Shown piece by piece: positions 58,669 to 64,000 of a stretch of DNA of 64,000 bases. The notes below the pieces were generated by a model. The model was not told the DNA's origin, made no database searches, and saw nothing but the letters and a program-made list of their open reading frames with translations. How positions within the stretch are numbered: the first letter of the stretch is position 1; every line of letters begins with the position of its first letter. The position numbers and the translations under genes are program-made. This DNA is from a virus: IMG/VR virus record IMGVR_UViG_3300025000_002059, positions 23,960 to 87,959 of that record. One strand, 5' to 3'.

Positions 58669-59373
58669 ATGAGCAATATTCTAATTGTAGCTGCGCATCC
58701 AGACGACGAAATATTAGGATGCGGCGGAATGATGGCTAGGGTTACGCGTTCTGATTCTCAAAGAGTATCAGTCGGATATTTGAGTTACGGACTGACATCG
58801 CGCCAAGAATCAGAAACACTAGCCGAATTCGAGAAGGAAAAAGTTAAGGACCGATCACGAAATGCCATGGAAGCATTGACCGGAATATCAAAACAGGAAA
58901 TGAGAAAGCATCTTAAATTTGCCAATTTTCCAGACAATAAATTTGATACAGTGCCACTTCTTGACATAGTAAAGCAAATTGAGAAGTGGATACAGGAAAT
59001 AAAACCAGATATTATATTCACGCATTCGCAGAAGGATCTAAATATTGACCATTGTCTAACGCACCGAGCGGTCCTCACGGCAACACGACCAATTAAGGGA
59101 AACCACAGTGTCAAGACGATTTATTCTTTTTCAATTCCATCGAGCACAGAGTGGACATTTGGGGCATTCGGAGTATTCGCTCCAAATATCTTTGTAGACA
59201 TTACCGGAATGACAGCAGCTAAAGCTAAAGCATTAAAATGCTACGATACAGAGATTAGACAATTTCCACATCCACGATCGGAAGAATATATGCATTTCCA
59301 AGCTTTTTATATGGGTTCGATCGTTGGAATGGATGAAGCAGAAGGATATGAAATGGTTAGAGGGTTTATTTAA
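58669..59373 (+). CDS. PIG-L/LmbE family deacetylase
   Basis: AAHPDDEILGCGG, DLNIDH. Confidence 0.9.
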   Translation: MSNILIVAAHPDDEILGCGGMMARVTRSDSQRVSVGYLSYGLTSRQESETLAEFEKEKVKDRSRNAMEALTGISKQEMRKHLKFANFPDNKFDTVPLLDIVKQIEKWIQEIKPDIIFTHSQKDLNIDHCLTHRAVLTATRPIKGNHSVKTIYSFSIPSSTEWTFGAFGVFAPNIFVDITGMTAAKAKALKCYDTEIRQFPHPRSEEYMHFQAFYMGSIVGMDEAEGYEMVRGFI

Positions 59374-59515
59374 AAATTTAGTGGGGGCGGTTCTAAAGGA
59401 TCCACGAATAGCTTCCGCACTAGTTGGATTCTTGAGTGACGCTAGGGGGACTGCAGCGCAATAAGCCGGGCAGAGATGCGCACATTAAATCTTCTCAATT
59501 TGTGGAGATGAAATT

Positions 59516-60847
59516 TTGAGAAAATTAGTAGAGAAACTTAGATTGTTGAGTAGCAGGCAGAAAGAAGAGATTATAAAGAAATTATCAGACGAAGAAATCC
59601 TTGCTCTTTATTATGATTGGGAAGGAGTGTGGTCAAGACCTAGTCAAGTTGAGCCAGCTGGAGACTGGACATACTGGTTGATTCTTGCTGGTAGGGGATG
59701 GGGAAAGACCAAAACAGCAGCAGAATGGATTAGAAAAAGGGTTTGCACATTAGAGTCAAAACACATCGCACTCGTAGCACCAAGGGCATCGGACATTAGG
59801 GACATCATGATAGAGGGACCAAGCGGAATCCTTAATGTATTTCCACCAAATCAAAGACCAAACTATGAGCCATCAAAAAGAAAGATCACATTCCATACCG
59901 GGGCAGTAGCCATAACATACTCCGGAGATGAGCCGGACCAATTGCGGGGACCAAATGTGGATACAGCATGGGTCGATGAATTAGCCAGTATCCCAAAACA
60001 AGAGCAAGTCCTAGATATGATTGCTTTCTGTTTGAGGATTGGTGTTAACCCAAGGTGTGTGATAACCACTACGCCAAGACCAACGAGAACGATCAAACGA
60101 TTAATCCGGGAAGATAATACTTGCATAACGAGAGGGTCCACCTTTGAAAACAGAGATAACTTATCGACTGTTTTTTTTAGTTCAATCATTGAACGCTATA
60201 AAAATACTAGGATTGGAAAGCAAGAATTATATGGAGAAATTCTAGATGACAATCCAAAGGCTTTATGGAAAGAGAAAATAATCGAGGAATCACGAGTTAT
60301 AAAGCATCCGGAATTAAGAAGGATTGTAATCGGAGTCGATCCAGCCGCCACAGCTAATAAAAATTCTGATGAAACAGGAATTATCGCGGTTGGAAAAGGG
60401 AATGATGGTCATTTTTATATCTTGGATGATAAGTCATTGAAGGACAGTCCAGCCGGATGGGGGAAGGCTGTCGTTTCTGTTTATTATAAATACAAGGCAG
60501 ATAGAGTCATAGGTGAAGTCAATCAAGGCGGGGATATGGTCGAATATGTGCTCAAGACCATCGATAGATATGTGAGTTTCAAAGCAATCCATGCGTCAAG
60601 GGGAAAAAAGTTAAGAGCGGAGCCAATAGCAGCACTTTATGAGCAGCATAAATGCCATCATGTAGGTACATTTCCGGACCTCGAAACTCAAATGACAAAC
60701 TGGGATCCGGAGAATGATGTAGAGTCACCTGATCGAGTCGATGCTTTGTGTTGGGCTATCTGGGAACTAATGGACGGTCCCAAGAAACTAAGCAAATACA
60801 ATCCATCTGGAATCGAGGACTTTAAACGAGAGAGTCCTCATATTTAA
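59516..60847 (+). CDS. terL: Terminase large subunit
   Basis: AGRGWGKT, LRGP, WVDE, TTTP, GVDPA, SPDRVDA. Confidence 0.95.
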   Translation: MRKLVEKLRLLSSRQKEEIIKKLSDEEILALYYDWEGVWSRPSQVEPAGDWTYWLILAGRGWGKTKTAAEWIRKRVCTLESKHIALVAPRASDIRDIMIEGPSGILNVFPPNQRPNYEPSKRKITFHTGAVAITYSGDEPDQLRGPNVDTAWVDELASIPKQEQVLDMIAFCLRIGVNPRCVITTTPRPTRTIKRLIREDNTCITRGSTFENRDNLSTVFFSSIIERYKNTRIGKQELYGEILDDNPKALWKEKIIEESRVIKHPELRRIVIGVDPAATANKNSDETGIIAVGKGNDGHFYILDDKSLKDSPAGWGKAVVSVYYKYKADRVIGEVNQGGDMVEYVLKTIDRYVSFKAIHASRGKKLRAEPIAALYEQHKCHHVGTFPDLETQMTNWDPENDVESPDRVDALCWAIWELMDGPKKLSKYNPSGIEDFKRESPHI

Positions 60848-60891
60848 ATTTTGGGCAAAATTGAAAATGATTTACAAAAGGAGTTGAGGTA

Positions 60892-61101
60892 ATGGATAAG
60901 CTATTAGAACACTGGCAAGCCATGGCGGTTATAGTACTTGAGGAAAGACAGATAGAAAAAGAGTGTTTGCGAACCAACATTAAGATTGATGTTGTCAAGC
61001 GGATAGCCGATTCAACGTCATGGTCCTTAAGGAAATCATTTGAATTTTGCCTTCGCGAGAAGGAGGGAAATCAAAGATGGCCCTGCCAAATGATCCTTTA
61101 A
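60892..61101 (+). CDS. Hypothetical protein
   Basis: GAGGT RBS. Confidence 0.45.
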   Translation: MDKLLEHWQAMAVIVLEERQIEKECLRTNIKIDVVKRIADSTSWSLRKSFEFCLREKEGNQRWPCQMIL

Positions 61102-62402
61102 ACAAAAACGTAGGTAATCAGAAGATCACGCCACAGATCGCCACAAGGGAACTTGGCCGGACAGGACTTATTGAATATGATGGCTATGTTTATGAAGAAC
61201 AATTAAGGCAGTTATCCAGCTTTGACGTAAGGGTCCGAGTTTACCGGGAAATGTCTGAAAACGATAGTGTTATCGGAGCAATTTTATTTGTCATTGATAT
61301 GCTTATTAGACAGGTAACATGGCGGGTTCAGGCCGGGGGTGGAACTCCAGAGGATGAAGAAGCAAAGAAATTTCTGGAAAGTTGTTTACAGGATATGTCC
61401 TCGACATGGGAAGATACCATATCGGAGATCATGTCCTTTTTAGTTTATGGGTTTTCATACCATGAAATCGTTTACAAAAGGCGGCTGGGAGAAAATAAAG
61501 ATCCAACTAAGAATAGTCGTTTTAATGATGGCCGGATAGGATGGAGAAAAATACCTATCAGAGCACAAGAAACTCTATGGCGCTGGCTATTTGATGATGA
61601 AGGCGGCATTCATGGGATGGTTCAGCTTCCACCACCGGATTATAGAATAAGAACCATACCCATTGAAAAAGCTTTATTATTCAGAACAGCCATCCATAAA
61701 AATAACCCAGAAGGACGATCAATCTTAAGAATTGCCTATCGCACATGGTATATAAAAAAGCGAATAGAAACATTTGAAGCCATCGGAATTGAGCGGGAAT
61801 TGGCCGGATATCCAGTGGTTTATGTTCCGGTTGAATGGACGGACATTAATGCAACACAAGGTGAAAAAGATGCTTATGCCCAAATGAAAAAGCTCGTTAC
61901 CAACATAAGACGCGATGAACAAGAAGGTGCCGTTCTTCCTGCGATTTATGATGAGCAAAATAATCAGTTGGTGCGCTTGGAACTTTTAACGAGCGGCGGT
62001 CGAAGGAACTTTGATACAAGCCAAATTATAACAAGACTAGATCAACGACTTGCCATGACTGTTATGGCAGATTTCATACTTTTGGGGACAGCAACACCGA
62101 ATGGTAGCTTTGCACTGAGTGCAGATAAGACGCGACTCTTCAGTATGGCATTGGGAACATGGCTGGATTCAATAGCCGCAACCTTCAATCGCTATGCAAT
62201 CCCAAGACTATTCTCACTCAATAATTTCAAGTTAGAGAAACTTCCAACATTGGAACATGCCGATATTGATAATCCAGACCTTAAGGATCTTGGAGAGTAT
62301 CTTGGTAAGCTGGCAGGGGCCGGAGCTCCTTTATTCCCAGATGAGGACCTAGAAGATTATCTCAGGGAAGTCGCTGGGATGCCACTTACTAAAAAGGAAT
62401 GA
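61077..62402 (+). CDS. Portal protein (DUF935-like)
   Basis: Follows terL; YGFSYHEIVYK, NPEGRSILR, GSFALS. Confidence 0.85.
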   Translation: MALPNDPLNKNVGNQKITPQIATRELGRTGLIEYDGYVYEEQLRQLSSFDVRVRVYREMSENDSVIGAILFVIDMLIRQVTWRVQAGGGTPEDEEAKKFLESCLQDMSSTWEDTISEIMSFLVYGFSYHEIVYKRRLGENKDPTKNSRFNDGRIGWRKIPIRAQETLWRWLFDDEGGIHGMVQLPPPDYRIRTIPIEKALLFRTAIHKNNPEGRSILRIAYRTWYIKKRIETFEAIGIERELAGYPVVYVPVEWTDINATQGEKDAYAQMKKLVTNIRRDEQEGAVLPAIYDEQNNQLVRLELLTSGGRRNFDTSQIITRLDQRLAMTVMADFILLGTATPNGSFALSADKTRLFSMALGTWLDSIAATFNRYAIPRLFSLNNFKLEKLPTLEHADIDNPDLKDLGEYLGKLAGAGAPLFPDEDLEDYLREVAGMPLTKKE

Positions 62403-63325
62403 CGGTCATGTTTATATTTAGAGAGCCGAAAATTATCGAGATTTACAAAGAGCGAGCAGAAGATATTGAATGGAGATCATTGCATGGGATAGCGGATCAG
62501 GCAAAGCCGGAGATGATCGAAGCATTCCAAAAAGCCGTAGAGCGGACCAAAGCCGATATGAATCTTACTGAATTAGAGCAAGCAATGCTGATAGCTAATG
62601 TGGAAATTGCTCTTAATACTATTCCGTGGGAAACATTTATTTCTGAACTTGCCAGTATAGGGATAATTTATAAGACTATCTTTGATAGGGCGGGAAATAA
62701 ATCAATCGATTATCTGCCGGATGATATAGAACTTAAGGCAAGTTTTAATACTTTAAATCCTAAATCCTTGGATTATATTAAAGATCACACAGGGGAATTA
62801 ATTGTGGAAATAACTGAGCAAACCCAATTAGCAGTAAGAGCAATAATCAATGATGCGTTTATTGAAGGGTTACATCCTTATCAGTCCGCAAGGGAAATCA
62901 AAAAAATTGTTGGACTTACTGAGCGCCAAGCAAAAGCGGTCAACAATCTCCGAAAGAGTTTGATTATCCAGAAATTATCAGACAAAGTTATCGAACAAAG
63001 AACGAAGGCGTATGCTCGCAGATTGCTTATTTACAGATCAAATAATATTGCGAGAACCGAGACAATCAATGCAGCAAATAGAGGGCAACAAGCGCTATGG
63101 GAACAAACTGAGGAACAAGGATTAATTAATAGGGCAACGGCAAGACGCAAATGGATTACAACACCAGATGATCGTTTGTGTCAGTGGTGTAAGTCATTGG
63201 ATGGAAAAATAGTGGGGTTAGGTGAAGAATTTGGAACACCAATCATTTCAGGGATCAATTATACAGCGCTCACACCAACCTTACATCCGAGTTGTAGGTG
63301 TGCACTTGGCCTAGTTTTTATCTAA
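62399..63325 (+). CDS. Head morphogenesis protein (SPP1 gp7 / Mu gpF)
   Basis: IARTET..A.N.G, W.T..DDR.C..C, HPSCRC. Confidence 0.9.
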   Translation: MTVMFIFREPKIIEIYKERAEDIEWRSLHGIADQAKPEMIEAFQKAVERTKADMNLTELEQAMLIANVEIALNTIPWETFISELASIGIIYKTIFDRAGNKSIDYLPDDIELKASFNTLNPKSLDYIKDHTGELIVEITEQTQLAVRAIINDAFIEGLHPYQSAREIKKIVGLTERQAKAVNNLRKSLIIQKLSDKVIEQRTKAYARRLLIYRSNNIARTETINAANRGQQALWEQTEEQGLINRATARRKWITTPDDRLCQWCKSLDGKIVGLGEEFGTPIISGINYTALTPTLHPSCRCALGLVFI

Positions 63326-63365
63326 AATTAAAAAACCATATTTATTTTAGGGGGGTAAAATTTTT

Positions 63366-63641
63366 ATGGGAACACAGGACCATATTCTAAAAAGAACGAT
63401 TGCTGAAGCTCATTATATCATCGAGAATCGAGCAACCATACGTGAAACGGCAGCAGCTTTCAATGTTAGTAAGAGCACCGTCCACAGAGACGTTAAAAAA
63501 TTTCTAGAGGAATTAGATCTTAATTTATATGGTAAAGTTATCCATATTATAGACATCAATCTTTCAGAGCGACATATGCGAGGTGGGGAAGCAAACAAGC
63601 AGAAGTCGATTGAGCGTCATGCAAAGGCCGTTAATCGATGA
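63366..63641 (+). CDS. spoIIID: Stage III sporulation protein D homolog
   Basis: YIIE..ATIRETA..F.VSKSTVH.D ... N.SERH.RGGEA.K.K. Confidence 0.92.
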   Translation: MGTQDHILKRTIAEAHYIIENRATIRETAAAFNVSKSTVHRDVKKFLEELDLNLYGKVIHIIDINLSERHMRGGEANKQKSIERHAKAVNR

Positions 63642-63994
63642 AGTATCCGCCAATTATTGCAGTGGATTTCGATGGGACGATTACCAAGGAAAATGACTTT
63701 CCAAACTTAGGTGAACTTATGCCGGGGGCTAAAGAAGTCATAAACGAATTACATTCATACGGATGCATTATCATTTTATGGACCTGTAGAACTGACAGTT
63801 ATCTTGAACAAGCCATAAACTATTGCAACCAATGTGGAATTCATATTGACTATGCGAATCAGAACTATCCATCCATTCAGGGATATGCATACCCCAAAAT
63901 ATATGCCGATTATTATATCGATGATCTAAATATCGGGGGATTCCCCGGATGGCACAATGTCCGAGAAACCATATTCCAACGAGAGGGGTTTTGA
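63638..63994 (+). CDS. HAD-superfamily hydrolase (BT0820-like)
   Basis: IAVDFDGTI, ILWTCR, KIYADYYIDD. Confidence 0.88.
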   Translation: MKYPPIIAVDFDGTITKENDFPNLGELMPGAKEVINELHSYGCIIILWTCRTDSYLEQAINYCNQCGIHIDYANQNYPSIQGYAYPKIYADYYIDDLNIGGFPGWHNVRETIFQREGF

Positions 63995-64000
63995 TGGGCA

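Larger units (their letters stand above)
1..64000. mobile_element. Temperate bacteriophage / probable phage-plasmid of a spore-forming Firmicute (tail end, early genes, replication, packaging, head)
   Basis: terS, terL, portal, head morphogenesis, holin, amidase, cI/cro, YqaJ/RecT, DnaD/DnaC and ParA are all present; no host housekeeping genes. Confidence 0.95.

Noticed and set aside
1-64000. tRNA genes
   Set aside because: No convincing cloverleaf with T-loop GTTCRA and acceptor stem was recognised by eye; tRNAscan-SE would be needed to exclude them.

Overview
The whole window is viral DNA: a large temperate phage, probably a phage-plasmid, of a spore-forming clostridial host. No host chromosomal genes are seen. 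It runs from distal tail/virion genes and the holin (1-5.2 kb) through a leftward early module built from repeated promoter cassettes (DUF932, amidoligase, GGCT) and a YefM/YoeB toxin-antitoxin pair. A plasmid-like rep/DnaA-box/ParA module follows, then the cI/cro switch, YqaJ/RecT, a DnaD/DnaC replication module, the amidase and DNA methylases. The late region has terS, an inserted nonulosonic-acid (Pse/Leg-type) biosynthesis cluster with a SigE/K-like sigma factor, then terL, portal, head morphogenesis and spoIIID. The main discovery is an RNA-guided system. A nuclease-less IS110/Nop-domain protein (19353-20408, TasA-like) is followed by arrays of about 36-nt units (edge repeat, 9-nt spacer, loop repeat, 9-nt spacer; TIGR-type). 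There are six dispersed arrays with about 130-140 units by hand count, and they are interleaved with cargo. The cargo includes small genes, a ~285-nt RNA that rebuilds the 23S rRNA L11-binding (GTPase-centre) fold with compensatory changes, and a solitary type I-C CRISPR repeat. An uncalled Acb2/Tad1-like anti-defence ORF lies just after terS. All family assignments come from motif recognition by eye and were not checked against databases.
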